DNA of 64,000 nucleotides. It comes from Candidatus Eiseniibacteriota bacterium. Lineage in GTDB: Bacteria > Eisenbacteria > RBG-16-71-46 > CAIMUX01 > VGJL01. Each line of letters opens with the position of its first letter. Position 1 is the first letter of the stretch. Location: assembly GCA_963792585.1 (NCBI GenBank), contig CAWBWI010000003.1, positions 192,001 through 256,000 of the forward strand. The letters are read 5' to 3'. The position numbers and the translations under genes are program-made. Shown here piece after piece: positions 18,472 through 28,668 of the stretch. Below the pieces are notes generated by a model. It had not been told where the DNA came from and made no database searches. It worked only from the letters and a program-made list of their open reading frames with translations.

Positions 18472-19116
18472 TCACTTTCGCAGCATCTTGAAGGCGTGAT
18501 TCCAGCCGCCGGTCCGCATCCCGTAGAGGACCCAAAGGATGCAGAGCGGCTCGAGGAGCCGAGAGCCCTCGATCCCTCCAAAGTCGATCGCCGGCCAGCC
18601 GAACCCATTGAGGATTTCCGTTACCGCCTTCTTCGCTGCTTCGTCATTGCCACAGATGAACATGTCCGGAGGTCCGCCCGGAAACTGCGGATGGACCATG
18701 TGGGCGTTGCCGACAATGTTGAACGCCTTGACGACATGCGCGCCGGGGAGCCAGCGTTGTACCTGCTCGCCTCCCGAGTCGGTATGCCCGAGCGCCAGCG
18801 CGGGCGGGGCGTTTGGGGTGAATACGAGCGGGTTCGTCGCGTCGATCACCGTCTTGCCCACGAAGTTCTTCGGCTCTGCAAGGCGGATCGCGTTTTCAGT
18901 CCCCGACCACAGGGTTGCGAGAACAATCACCTCGCCGAACGCCGCCGCCTCGGCGAAGGTCCCTCCCGACGCGCCTCGCCCGGTTTTCGAGATCCACTCC
19001 TCCACCTTCGGTCCGCGCGGCTCGCGGGAGCCGATCTTCACCTCATGACCAAGAGAGACAAGGCCGGCGCCGAGGACCCTCCCAACGTCGCCCGTACCCA
19101 GTGTTCCGACCCTCAT
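18472..19116 (-). CDS. NADP oxidoreductase, F420-dependent family (dinucleotide-binding enzyme)
   Basis: GTLGTGDVG, IGSR, IDATNP, SGGE, VVKAFN, ICGND..AK; SD AGAGGTG before ATG 19116. Confidence 0.9.
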   Translation of the reverse strand: MRVGTLGTGDVGRVLGAGLVSLGHEVKIGSREPRGPKVEEWISKTGRGASGGTFAEAAAFGEVIVLATLWSGTENAIRLAEPKNFVGKTVIDATNPLVFTPNAPPALALGHTDSGGEQVQRWLPGAHVVKAFNIVGNAHMVHPQFPGGPPDMFICGNDEAAKKAVTEILNGFGWPAIDFGGIEGSRLLEPLCILWVLYGMRTGGWNHAFKMLRK

Positions 19117-19265
19117 GAATGTCACCTCTTTCGCATCGGTAGTCCATTGTCTATTGGAACCCACAAGGATGCATCGAGCGGCGGCGGAACTGCAACAGGA
19201 TCCGAAAGCACAGAACGGAGGGGTGGGTTACCGCTCCTCCGTTCGCGCGTGGACAACCCGCCCGG

Positions 19266-20588
19266 CTACAACGTGAAGGCGAAATCGTCGATCAGGGCCC
19301 CGGGAAGACGCCAGCTCGACGTGGAGCGCTGCTCGTACGTCGTCGGGTCGAGGATCATCTCCGTCTGAGCAGTGAGACCGACGAGGTTCTCTCCGAGAAC
19401 TCGGTAGAGCGTCTCGTCGAAGCGCATGACGGAAAGCGGTGCCTGGATGACGCCGTTCTCGACCCAGAGGGTCGCAAAGCGTGTCATCCCGGTGATTCTG
19501 CATGCAGGTCGGTCCGAGTAATTGAGGTACCAGAGGTTTCCGACGTAGATCCCGGTTCCCAGCCGCTCGAGAACCTTCGCGTTGGGAATGTCGCCGGGCG
19601 CCATGTCGATCGACTCGGGGGTTTCCCACTCCGACGCGCCGTTGGTCGGCACCCCATACTCCTTCGCTGACCGTGGCGAGACGAGGGGATTCAGGTACTT
19701 TCCCTTCTCGATCAGAACCACCTTCGGCGGTTTGATGAAACCCTGAGATTGGAAATCCGGAGCCACTCCGCTTGCCGTGTTCTCCGCGATCGTCACCGAT
19801 TCGTGGAGCTGCTGCTTTCCCTCGATCAATCGGAGCAGGGATGTTTGCCGGGTCTTGTTGTCCTTGAGACCAAATCCACCCCAGGAAACCGTCGTCATGA
19901 GTTCCGACATCGCGGTCGGCGAGAGATAGACACGGTACTTTCCGGGCGGGACCGTTCGAGGCGGCCTCGAGAGAACGGATAGTTGCTCCGCCGCGGAGTC
20001 GACCTTCGACTTGAAGGCCGCCGCATCCCATTCGAAGCCCGCGTAACTGCTCTTCACCGCCTTGTCGGCGGCATGGTAGAAGCTCCAGTCGAGATTGAAA
20101 TTGTACGTCGAGAACCAGTTCCTCTGGCCGAAGGAGTTCGCGAAGCCCGCATGGATTCCACCGGCGGCGTAGATTCCGACGAGGTCCCGCCCCTTTCCCG
20201 CTTCGAGGATGGCGCTCATCGCCGTATCCGGCGAGGGGAGTCGGTTGGGCTGCTTGCGCTCGCTGGAGTTCGGCTCCGTCGCATAGAGCAGGTGGGGATC
20301 CTCCGGCAAGTGGGGGATCAGATTGCGAAGCCGGTCCACGAGCGCGGTCACGTTCACTCGATCGATCGCGGGGTCCCCGGTCAGCCCGATGGCTCCGCCG
20401 GCGTGGCGGGCCCCGGAGATCAAATCGATCGCGAGGTTGCGCTGCCTCACACTGCCAGGCTGGCGCATCGCGCTCTTGTTGAAACGAACGAAATCCGATT
20501 CCTCCCCGGCGAAGACGGAGGTGAACTTCTCGTCTCCCTTGAGCTGGGACTGGACATGGTCGGCGAGCGTGTAGAAGTGCTCCTGCAT
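19266..20588 (-). CDS. TldE/PmbA-family metalloprotease partner subunit
   Basis: E.SDFVRFN, PGKYRVYLSP, NLWYLN, TGMTRFA; no HExxxH motif; directly follows tldD. Confidence 0.9.
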   Translation of the reverse strand: MQEHFYTLADHVQSQLKGDEKFTSVFAGEESDFVRFNKSAMRQPGSVRQRNLAIDLISGARHAGGAIGLTGDPAIDRVNVTALVDRLRNLIPHLPEDPHLLYATEPNSSERKQPNRLPSPDTAMSAILEAGKGRDLVGIYAAGGIHAGFANSFGQRNWFSTYNFNLDWSFYHAADKAVKSSYAGFEWDAAAFKSKVDSAAEQLSVLSRPPRTVPPGKYRVYLSPTAMSELMTTVSWGGFGLKDNKTRQTSLLRLIEGKQQLHESVTIAENTASGVAPDFQSQGFIKPPKVVLIEKGKYLNPLVSPRSAKEYGVPTNGASEWETPESIDMAPGDIPNAKVLERLGTGIYVGNLWYLNYSDRPACRITGMTRFATLWVENGVIQAPLSVMRFDETLYRVLGENLVGLTAQTEMILDPTTYEQRSTSSWRLPGALIDDFAFTL

Positions 20589-20589
20589 G

Positions 20590-22023
20590 CTACTCCCCTC
20601 CGAAGACATCGACGTCGGCGAAGACGCAGGTGGGCGACGCGTGCCCGACGCGGATCACTTGATTCGGCTCCCCTTTTCCGCAGTTGGGCGTGCCCATCAC
20701 CTGGAAGGTGGACGTGTTTCCCGTCATCTTCAGATTGCGCCAGAAGGTGGCGGAGATTCCCCTGTAGTTCGGATTCTTCACAAGGGTCGTGATCTTCCCG
20801 TCCTCGATCAGTCGTCCCCACTCACAGCCGAACTGGAACTTGTTCCGCGAGTCGTCGATCGACCAGGAACGGTTGGTCTTCATGTAGACGCCATGCTTGA
20901 TCGATCCGACCATCTCGTCGAACGTGGAGGTCCCGGGCTCGAGGTTGAGGTTCGCCATCCGGTCGATAGGAGGACGGTTCCAACTCGACGCGCGCGAGTT
21001 CGCCACCCCGGGGATTCCCGAACGGGCTTGCGACGTCGAGCTACCGAGTGTGCGCAGCAGCACCCCTTCCTTGATGATGAACTCGCGCTGCGCCTTGAGT
21101 CCCTCGTCGTCGAACCCGTAGCTGGCGAATTGCTCCGGTCGCGAAGGGTCATAAGTGATGTTCAGGAGTTTCGATCCGTACTGGTAGGATCCGATCATTT
21201 CGGGCGTGACGAAGCTCGTGCCCGCGTAGTTGCGCTCATCGCCGAGGATTCGGTCCAGTTCGAGAGGGTGCCCGATCGACTCGTGGATCTGGAGGATCAT
21301 CTGATCCGGTGCGAGGAGGACATCGAGCTTCCCGGACGGGCAATTCGGCGCGGTGAGGAGGGCGAGCGCGTCGGCGGCAATCTCCGGCGCCGCCGTGCGG
21401 AACCCGGTCGAGTCGAGCACCTCCATCCCACCCTGGCGGCAATAACCGCGTCCGCCGAATGTTCGGATTTGAGTCTCGGTTCCCTCGTTGGCCGTGGCGA
21501 TCAGCATCGGCACCATGAGTGAGAGCGTCTGGGTGCCCTGGGCTCCGTCCGCGGTCGTATACAGGGTCTCCCAATCCGTGTGCGCAATCGCCGCCTGCCA
21601 GTCGACGATCCGATCGTCGACCTTCAGGCGCGCGCACTCATCCTTCAGAAGCGTGATCTTGTCGGCAATGGAGACGGAGTCCCAGCGCTCGCGCACCGGG
21701 CTCTCATAATGGCCGCTCGGCCGCGGGAGGGCGATCTTCGAGAAATCCGTGACCGCCCTGCCGGCGCTGCGCTCGGCCCAAGAGACGGCTTCCGTCGCGG
21801 CATGCCTCAGGCCGGCGGCGGAGAGATCCGTCGTCGCGCCGTAACCGAGCCCCCCGTTGTGGATGACGGTGACCATCGCCCCGACATCCTCGCGGTACTG
21901 GACCGGTTGAAGAATTCCCTGCCGAACGTGAACCAACTCACCCCTCTCGCTGACGTATCGGAGGGAACAGAAATCGACCGCGGGCGCGATCTCCCGAAAC
22001 CGTTGGATGATTCGGGCGTCCAG
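20590..22023 (-). CDS. tldD: TldD-family metalloprotease
   Basis: HESIGHPLELDR, PIDRMAN, WSIDD.R.KFQFG, CGKGEP, GHASP. Probable CTG start at 22023, 6 nt after AAGGAGG. Confidence 0.9.
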   Translation of the reverse strand: MDARIIQRFREIAPAVDFCSLRYVSERGELVHVRQGILQPVQYREDVGAMVTVIHNGGLGYGATTDLSAAGLRHAATEAVSWAERSAGRAVTDFSKIALPRPSGHYESPVRERWDSVSIADKITLLKDECARLKVDDRIVDWQAAIAHTDWETLYTTADGAQGTQTLSLMVPMLIATANEGTETQIRTFGGRGYCRQGGMEVLDSTGFRTAAPEIAADALALLTAPNCPSGKLDVLLAPDQMILQIHESIGHPLELDRILGDERNYAGTSFVTPEMIGSYQYGSKLLNITYDPSRPEQFASYGFDDEGLKAQREFIIKEGVLLRTLGSSTSQARSGIPGVANSRASSWNRPPIDRMANLNLEPGTSTFDEMVGSIKHGVYMKTNRSWSIDDSRNKFQFGCEWGRLIEDGKITTLVKNPNYRGISATFWRNLKMTGNTSTFQVMGTPNCGKGEPNQVIRVGHASPTCVFADVDVFGGE

Positions 22024-22175
22024 GTGGCACCTCCTTGAATTGCGCGGCGTCTCGAGACCGCAAACGACGATAAGACTACCATCTACCCGCCTTGGCTTCC
22101 AGATTCCTACCGTGATATCCTTACTGGGATCGTTTTCGCATCGATTCACCGTCTGAGACGCCAGGGGGGGCCGAA

Positions 22176-24947
22176 ATGCGTCGGAGCGGTCTGCCGTCCG
22201 CGCTGCTGTTGCTGCTTCTGATCTCCTTGCCGGCCGGCTCTGCCCGGCTAACCCATTCGGAAGAGCCGTTCTATGGATCGGGCGGATCGCCTGGCGAACT
22301 GCGGGCCGACACGAGCGATGTGATCGACACGGTTGCCGAGACAACGCTCCCCATCACCGTCGGGGGGCAGAGTCTTCGCGTCCCCTATTTCGGCAATCGC
22401 CCGATTAATGGGACCTACGCGGACGTCACGCGCGCCATCCTGGTCTGTCACGGCACCCTTCGGAACGCGAACGACTACTATGACGCCATCGTCACCGCCG
22501 GACATGCCGCCGGGGGCGCCGACGCCCACACCCTGATCATCGCGCCGCAATTTCTCACCGAACCGGACCTCGACGAGCACCATCTCGCGGAGGATATCCT
22601 GTACTGGGCATATATGGGCTGGAGGAGGGGCGACAACTCCCTCTCCGGGGACAGGCACCCTCGTCCGTGGCGAGTGAGCTCATTCTCCATCGCCGATACG
22701 ATCTTGATGGGCTTCGTCGAGCGGCTCCCGAACCTCCAGAAGATCGTCGTCGCGGGACATTCCGCCGGCGGTCAGTTCTGCAATCTGTACACCGCTGGAA
22801 ACCGTGTTCATCAGGTCATCACAGCGCAACACGGCATATCGATTCAGTACATTGTCTCGAATCCGTCTTGCTATATCTATTTCGATTCGAAGCGATGGAT
22901 CCACGACACGTCGTATGCATATGAAGTTCCCTCTTCCCAGCAGATCGCCGAGTGCCCGGATTACAATGACTACAAGTATGGACTAGACAATCCGAATGCC
23001 TACATGAATATCGGAAGTTCCGTTCTCGAGAGTCAGTACGAATCCAGGACGACTGTATATCTCCTCGGTGGGAACGATACCGATCCATACTCGTACTACC
23101 TCGACACGACATGCCCCGCGATGTTCCAAGGAACTCAACGCCTCGAGCGCGGCATCGTGTACTACCATCATTTGATCGATCATTTTGGAGGTGACATCAC
23201 GAACGTCCAGTCCGTTGCGGTCGTGCCGGGAGTGGGTCACGATCAATACGGCATGTTCACGTCCCAGTGCGGGAAGTTCTATCTCTATGACTACGGTTCC
23301 TGCACCGGCGCCCCTCCAACCGCCGCCTGGGAGGATGCCTCGACGATGGCGATCCGCGGGGTGACGGCGCACTCGATCGCCTGGGGAGACTATGACCTCG
23401 ATGGGGATCCGGATGCCTTCGTCGCCGTTTACGACGGCAGGGACAAGCTCTTCCGCAACGATGCCGGGACTCTAGTGGATGCGACCGCCGCCCCCTTGGA
23501 CGATCAAGGTCAAGGGATGTCCAGCGTCTGGGGAGACGCGAACAACGACGGCTATCCCGACCTCTACCTCGTGAATTGGCGGGGTCAGAGCCGTCTTTTC
23601 CGGAACGGCGCAGGAAGCTCCTTCAGCGACGCGACCACCCCACCGCTGGACGCGACCGGGGATCTGTGTGATGGCGCGTGGGCTGACTATGACCGCGACG
23701 GGGATCTCGACCTTTACCTGACGCGCACCAACGGCCAGTCGAACAGCCTTCTTCGCAACGACGGTCCCGTGGGGTTCGTGAACGTGACGGCCCCACCGCT
23801 CGACAATCCCGGAGAGAACCGCGGCGCCGTCTGGGGCGACTTCGACAGCGATGGCGACGCAGATCTGTATGTATGCGCCGCAGCATCCAACAAGCTCTTC
23901 CGAAACGACGGCGGCGTGTTCGTCGACGTCACGCATGGACCCCTGGCCGACCTCAACGGCGGTGGGTCATCGGGCGCTTGGGGCGACTACGACAACGACG
24001 GCGATCTGGATCTCTATGTCGTCAACCGCGGGCATCCCAACCTTCTGCTACGCAACGATGGTGGCGACAACTTCACGGATGTGACCACATCACCTCTGAA
24101 TGTCGACGCGCAGGGTCGCTCCGCGACATGGGGCGACTACGACAACGATGGTCGCCTCGATCTCTACCTCTCGAATTTCCAAAGTCGCAATCAGTTGTTC
24201 CGCAACCTCGGCGGAGATATCTTCGACGATGCCACGAGCGATCCCCTGGGCACGGTGGGCGACACCTATGGGGCGGGATGGGCGGACTACGATCGCGACG
24301 GTGATCTCGATCTGTTCGTCGCAACGCGCGCGGGCGCTCCAAAGCTGCTGCGCAACAACTACGCGCTCGGGAACCACTGGCTGCACATCGACCTGGAAGG
24401 CACGATCTCCAATCGCTCGGCGATCGGAGCGCGCGTGCGCATCCTCGCCGGCGGCGTCCAGCAGTTCCGTGAAGTCGGAGGGGATGCCGGCTACGAATCC
24501 CAGAACTCCGCCACCGTCGAGTTCGGTATCGGTGAGGCGACCTCCGTCGACGAGATCGAGATCCGGTGGCCAAGCGGGATCGTCCAGGTCACGGGCTCGG
24601 TCGCGGCAAACCAGCGTCTCCACACACACGAGTCGGATCTCCCCGCAGGCACCGACTCCGATCCGTCGACCGATGCCTGGGCGCACGCAGCCCCGAACCC
24701 GTTCACTCTCTCGACGATGATCCGGATCGACCCGGCTCTTGGTCCGGTTTGCTCCATCCGCATCTTCGATCCGGCAGGGCGCTTGGTCCGTGTTCTCGAA
24801 GCGCATCCGGGGCCAATGGGCGACGCGCCTCCGTTCATCTGGGACGGTCGCGATGACCGCGGCAGGCTGGCGACGCCGGGGGTCTATCTTTGCAGGATCG
24901 AGGCAGCGGGCGGGCGGCGCACGTTACGCCTCGTGAGGATACGATAG
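22176..24947 (+). CDS. Secreted alpha/beta-hydrolase fused to FG-GAP/VCBS repeats, an ASPIC/UnbV domain and a FlgD-like CTD
   Basis: Signal peptide; HG...RNA, GHSAGGQ, G.ND, VGHD; seven W[GA]DxDxDGxxD repeats; NHWL.I.L.G..SNRSAIGARV...FGIG...I.WPSG; PNPF...WDG...GVY. Confidence 0.85.
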   Translation: MRRSGLPSALLLLLLISLPAGSARLTHSEEPFYGSGGSPGELRADTSDVIDTVAETTLPITVGGQSLRVPYFGNRPINGTYADVTRAILVCHGTLRNANDYYDAIVTAGHAAGGADAHTLIIAPQFLTEPDLDEHHLAEDILYWAYMGWRRGDNSLSGDRHPRPWRVSSFSIADTILMGFVERLPNLQKIVVAGHSAGGQFCNLYTAGNRVHQVITAQHGISIQYIVSNPSCYIYFDSKRWIHDTSYAYEVPSSQQIAECPDYNDYKYGLDNPNAYMNIGSSVLESQYESRTTVYLLGGNDTDPYSYYLDTTCPAMFQGTQRLERGIVYYHHLIDHFGGDITNVQSVAVVPGVGHDQYGMFTSQCGKFYLYDYGSCTGAPPTAAWEDASTMAIRGVTAHSIAWGDYDLDGDPDAFVAVYDGRDKLFRNDAGTLVDATAAPLDDQGQGMSSVWGDANNDGYPDLYLVNWRGQSRLFRNGAGSSFSDATTPPLDATGDLCDGAWADYDRDGDLDLYLTRTNGQSNSLLRNDGPVGFVNVTAPPLDNPGENRGAVWGDFDSDGDADLYVCAAASNKLFRNDGGVFVDVTHGPLADLNGGGSSGAWGDYDNDGDLDLYVVNRGHPNLLLRNDGGDNFTDVTTSPLNVDAQGRSATWGDYDNDGRLDLYLSNFQSRNQLFRNLGGDIFDDATSDPLGTVGDTYGAGWADYDRDGDLDLFVATRAGAPKLLRNNYALGNHWLHIDLEGTISNRSAIGARVRILAGGVQQFREVGGDAGYESQNSATVEFGIGEATSVDEIEIRWPSGIVQVTGSVAANQRLHTHESDLPAGTDSDPSTDAWAHAAPNPFTLSTMIRIDPALGPVCSIRIFDPAGRLVRVLEAHPGPMGDAPPFIWDGRDDRGRLATPGVYLCRIEAAGGRRTLRLVRIR

Positions 24948-24992
24948 GAGACACTCCCCGGGGACCGAACCTCGTGAGGAGCGGACCTCCTG

Positions 24993-25394
24993 CTATTTCT
25001 CCCCACCCATCCCGACGAACCAATCCTCCTTCTCCGCAAAGAGAACGTTGAAAGTCGTGAACGACCCATAGATCCGCGTGATGTAGGCCTGCAACTCGAT
25101 TCGTTCGGCGTCATCGAGCTTTGGGTGATTGTTGATCTTCTGCTCGAGGACTCGGAGCCGCTCCCGCGCCATCACGATCTTCTTGAAGAAGCTATCGAGG
25201 GGGATCGACTTCTCCTGGGCGGTCGCCTTCCCCGGACGGAGCACCAACTCGCCCCCCTCCCAACGCTGCCCCATCTCCGGATCGAGGTCGGGCACCAGGC
25301 CCGCCAGGATCAGGTCCTCGCGAACTCCGACGCGCACCGCCCGCACGATCGCCTGGAACGCATCGGCACTGAGTCCTTCGGGTTTCATCTCCAT
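24993..25394 (-). CDS. Conserved hypothetical protein
   Basis: WEGG.LVL.PG...K.IP...FFKKIVM.RERLRVLEQKIN...YITRIYGSFTTFNVLF; SD GGAGG before ATG 25394. Confidence 0.8.
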   Translation of the reverse strand: MEMKPEGLSADAFQAIVRAVRVGVREDLILAGLVPDLDPEMGQRWEGGELVLRPGKATAQEKSIPLDSFFKKIVMARERLRVLEQKINNHPKLDDAERIELQAYITRIYGSFTTFNVLFAEKEDWFVGMGGEK

Positions 25395-25504
25395 CCTGCA
25401 CCTCCGGTCTGAGCGATCGCCTGCTTGACCGGCATCCCATGCGGACGCCAGACTGTTGCACGATAGTAGAGGGGATCCAACCGTCAAGGAACAGGAGAGC
25501 AACA

Positions 25505-26956
25505 ATGAGTGGAATCGATGCGCTGCAACCACGCGCCGTGTGGGCGGTCTTTGCCGAAATGAGCAAGGTTCCGCGCGCCTCCGGCAACGAGGCGGGCGTG
25601 ATGGCGGCGCTCGAAGGATGGGCACGGGCGCGCAATCTCCCCACGCGCCGAGATGCGGTCGGCAACATGCTCGTGTCGATCCCAGCGAGTCCGGGGCGCC
25701 ATGATGCCGACCCGGTCCTCGTCCAGGGGCACGTGGACATGGTCTGCGAGAAGAATGCATCCACCCCGCACGATTTCGCGAAGGATCCGATCCGCCTCCG
25801 CCTGGACGGAGATTGGCTGACCGCGGAAGGCACGACCCTCGGTGCGGACAACGGGATCGGTTGCGCGATGGGGCTTGCCGTGGCGGACAGCCCCGGTCTT
25901 GTACACGGCCCGATCGAGGTCCTCCTCACGGTGGATGAAGAGCGCGGCCTGACCGGAGCGTCGCATGTCGAGAAGGGTTTCTTCACCGCCCGAAGAATGA
26001 TCAATCTCGATTCCGAGGAAGATCACGGCATATTCATCGGATGCGCAGGCGGTCGGGATACGGTCCTGACCCTTTCCTGCGCACGCGAGGCTCTCCCTGA
26101 CAGCGTCGTCTTCAATGTCTCGATCACCGGACTGACGGGCGGGCACTCGGGCCTCGACATCAATCGCAACCGCGGGAATGCGATCAAGATCTTGAGCCGA
26201 TCCCTCGTAGCCGCATCCGACGACGTCGACCTGCGCGTCGCGCGCATCGAGGGAGGAAGCCTGCGCAACGCGATCCCCCGCGAGGCGGTTGCGGTCATCG
26301 CCGTCCCACGAACCAAGGCCCCGACGTTCGAGCGGCTCGTGCGCGATGCGATTGCGCGGATTCTCGATGAGGAACTCACGGGAATCGACGATGGTCTGAA
26401 GGTAACGGTCGCCGTTGGATCGGAGGCCGCGGTATTCGGTGCCTCCGATTCGGCTCGCATACTCTCCCTCCTGGCGGCGATACCGAACGGGGTACTCGCG
26501 ATGTCACAAAGCGTCCGCGATCTGGTCGAGTCGAGCACGAACCTGGGCGTCGTTCGGACGGAGGGCGACGAAGTCCGGGTCGTCTGCTGCAGCCGCTCGT
26601 CGGTCATGTCCTCGCTCGATGGCGTCGTTCGACAGCACCGCGCCGTGGGCCGGCTCGCGGGGGCTACGGTCGATCAACCTCCCGGCTATCCGGGGTGGAA
26701 ACCGAACCTCCAGTCCCCGTTGCTCGCCGTCACGAGGGGCAAGTACCTCGATATCTTTGGGAGGGAGCCTGAGCTGCTCGCGATCCATGCGGGACTCGAG
26801 TGCGGGCTTCTGACGGAGAAGTACCCGGATCTCGACATCGTGTCGTTTGGGCCCGACATCGTGGGAGCGCATTCACCGGCGGAGAGGGTCAGCGTCCCGT
26901 CCGTTCAGAGGATCTGGAAGCTGTTCACGGCCGTTCTGGAGGATCTGTCCTCGTAG
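25505..26956 (+). CDS. pepD: Aminoacyl-histidine dipeptidase (M20C)
   Basis: PRASGNE, QGHVDMVCEK, TTLGADNGIG, TVDEE.G, NLDSEE, GGHSG, YPGWKP, IHAGLECG, AHSPAE; SD AGGAG. Confidence 0.95.
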   Translation: MSGIDALQPRAVWAVFAEMSKVPRASGNEAGVMAALEGWARARNLPTRRDAVGNMLVSIPASPGRHDADPVLVQGHVDMVCEKNASTPHDFAKDPIRLRLDGDWLTAEGTTLGADNGIGCAMGLAVADSPGLVHGPIEVLLTVDEERGLTGASHVEKGFFTARRMINLDSEEDHGIFIGCAGGRDTVLTLSCAREALPDSVVFNVSITGLTGGHSGLDINRNRGNAIKILSRSLVAASDDVDLRVARIEGGSLRNAIPREAVAVIAVPRTKAPTFERLVRDAIARILDEELTGIDDGLKVTVAVGSEAAVFGASDSARILSLLAAIPNGVLAMSQSVRDLVESSTNLGVVRTEGDEVRVVCCSRSSVMSSLDGVVRQHRAVGRLAGATVDQPPGYPGWKPNLQSPLLAVTRGKYLDIFGREPELLAIHAGLECGLLTEKYPDLDIVSFGPDIVGAHSPAERVSVPSVQRIWKLFTAVLEDLSS

Positions 26957-26981
26957 GAGCGCCGGATAGCGGATCGCCTTC

Positions 26982-28155
26982 TCAGCGCTCATCCAGAACG
27001 ACGATTCTCCTGGCCTCGACTCGCCCTCCCGAGCGCGCTCGAACCCAGTAAGTCCCCCTCGACAAAGGCTTGCGTACGCCCGGGATCGCATTCCAGGCAA
27101 CGAGCTGCTGCGCGGACGACGCGGGCACGACAAAGGATCGAATCCGCCTCCCCGCCACATCGATGACCTCGATGTTCCAGGGAACGTCGCTCTGGGCGAG
27201 TCGGAACGAGGGCGAACCCGCCAGAGCTGGATTGGGGCAGACGCCGAAGCGCTCTGCCGACGCATCAGGGGCATCGACCGCCGAACTCCCTTGACCGTCC
27301 AGCGCCACGTCGGTCCACCGCTGCCTCGGCGCATCGAAGACGTGGGCCCGGATCTCGGACCATACAATGCCTACCTGCCCGGATGCGCTCCCGCCCTGGA
27401 TCGTGTCCTGAGGGTCGGTGAGAGCAAACCAGCCATCCGCAGAGTCGACAAAGACATGAGCTTCGTGCGCCCCCCACAGGATGGCAACGTCTCCGCCACC
27501 TTGCTCGTCCGCGCTCGCACCGGTGGCATCGGTGAGTGTCGTCGGGATCCACGTATTCAAGCCCGAATCGAAGGCGACCGCCTCGTGCTGAGTCCAGATC
27601 AGGGCAATCTCGTCCAGGACCAGTCCATTGAGTACGGGCTCTGCTAGCTCGTAGCATGTCCACTGGCCGGAGCCGGGATTGAATGCCAATGCGCGCTGCG
27701 TCGTCCAGACGATTGCGTAGTCGCCGGTCGAACCTCCTCCCAAGGCGGACTCTCCAGGCAGAAGATCGATCCCCCTCCAGGAAGCCCAGATGGTGGCAAT
27801 CCCGTATGCCGCGCAGTCGGTCCAGAAGACGACAATGGCGCCGCGCGCGTCGGATCCGAGGTAGCTGCCCGCATAGGGGGGATGAGAACCACCGGTTGGA
27901 AACGCCGTTGAACGCGTAGGCGCGCGTTGTGGTGACCACCGCGCCAAGATAGTCCCCCACGGAGAGCCCCACCACGTCGCCCGAGAGAGGGGCATCGACC
28001 CAGCAGGCGGAATCCGGAAAAACGCTGTAGCCGTATGCATGTGTCCCCGTGGCCACGATCGTGATGGCGCCGCGGCCGACACCCTGCGCGTGGGCGCTCG
28101 AGGATAGAATCGTGATCAGCAGCAGGGTCGCGATTCCAGCGAGAGGGCGCTTCAT
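26982..28155 (-). CDS. Secreted 7-repeat beta-propeller-like protein with CTD; frameshifted at 27876-27881
   Basis: The N-terminal frame (MKRPLAG...AHA signal) joins the C-terminal frame (...YAGSYLG...PNP...GRRIRS...GTYWVR) if one base of a 6-nt homopolymer is removed. Confidence 0.75.
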
Positions 28156-28291
28156 GGGATTCCCCCGGTTGCGGTCGGTTACGAGGCCTTGCGGGGCCCA
28201 TGCCTCCCATCGAGTGGGCTTTCCCTATGGGGATCGGCAGAATGGCGGAAAATCTCCACTTTATCTCGCGCCAAGACGCGCATTGGATCTC

Positions 28292-28320
28292 TATAACATA
28301 TTGCTTTCAAATGTGTTATG
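28292..28320. promoter_or_regulatory. AT-rich inverted repeat between divergent genes; possible operator
   Basis: ATAACATAT-N9-ATGTGTTAT stands out in a GC-rich background. Confidence 0.3.
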
Positions 28321-28668
28321 GGAACTCCACGATCCCGCGAAAGCGCCTGCTGATGCGTTCTTCTCGCGAAGACGGCGTCACCCGCGTGCCGGCCCCGCGT
28401 GTCGCCGCAGCGGCGCATGAGCCCCTGATCCCCGCGAAGCGCGAGCTCCAGGTCGCCGACGCCATGCCGAGAGGCTCCTCATCCAGCTGGAAGCAGTGAC
28501 TCGCGCAACCCGCTTGGTTACAGGTGGTTGGGAGCCCGGAGCGGATGCGTCACCCGGAATCGACGCCGATGACCCCCTCGGAGGATATTGCGGTTATACT
28601 CACCCATCGGGTGCCGCGACATGCGGCGGAAAAGCCCACAAGGGGACAATCACGGGAAGGGAGTGGGG

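Noticed and set aside
19266..22023. RiPP/microcin cluster around tldD-tldE
   Set aside because: No precursor peptide, YcaO or other modifying enzyme is adjacent, and tldDE pairs are widespread.
23370..24330. Recurring DNA repeats (tggggcgactacgacaacga...) resembling an array
   Set aside because: They are degenerate in-frame codons of FG-GAP protein repeats, not CRISPR or non-coding repeats.
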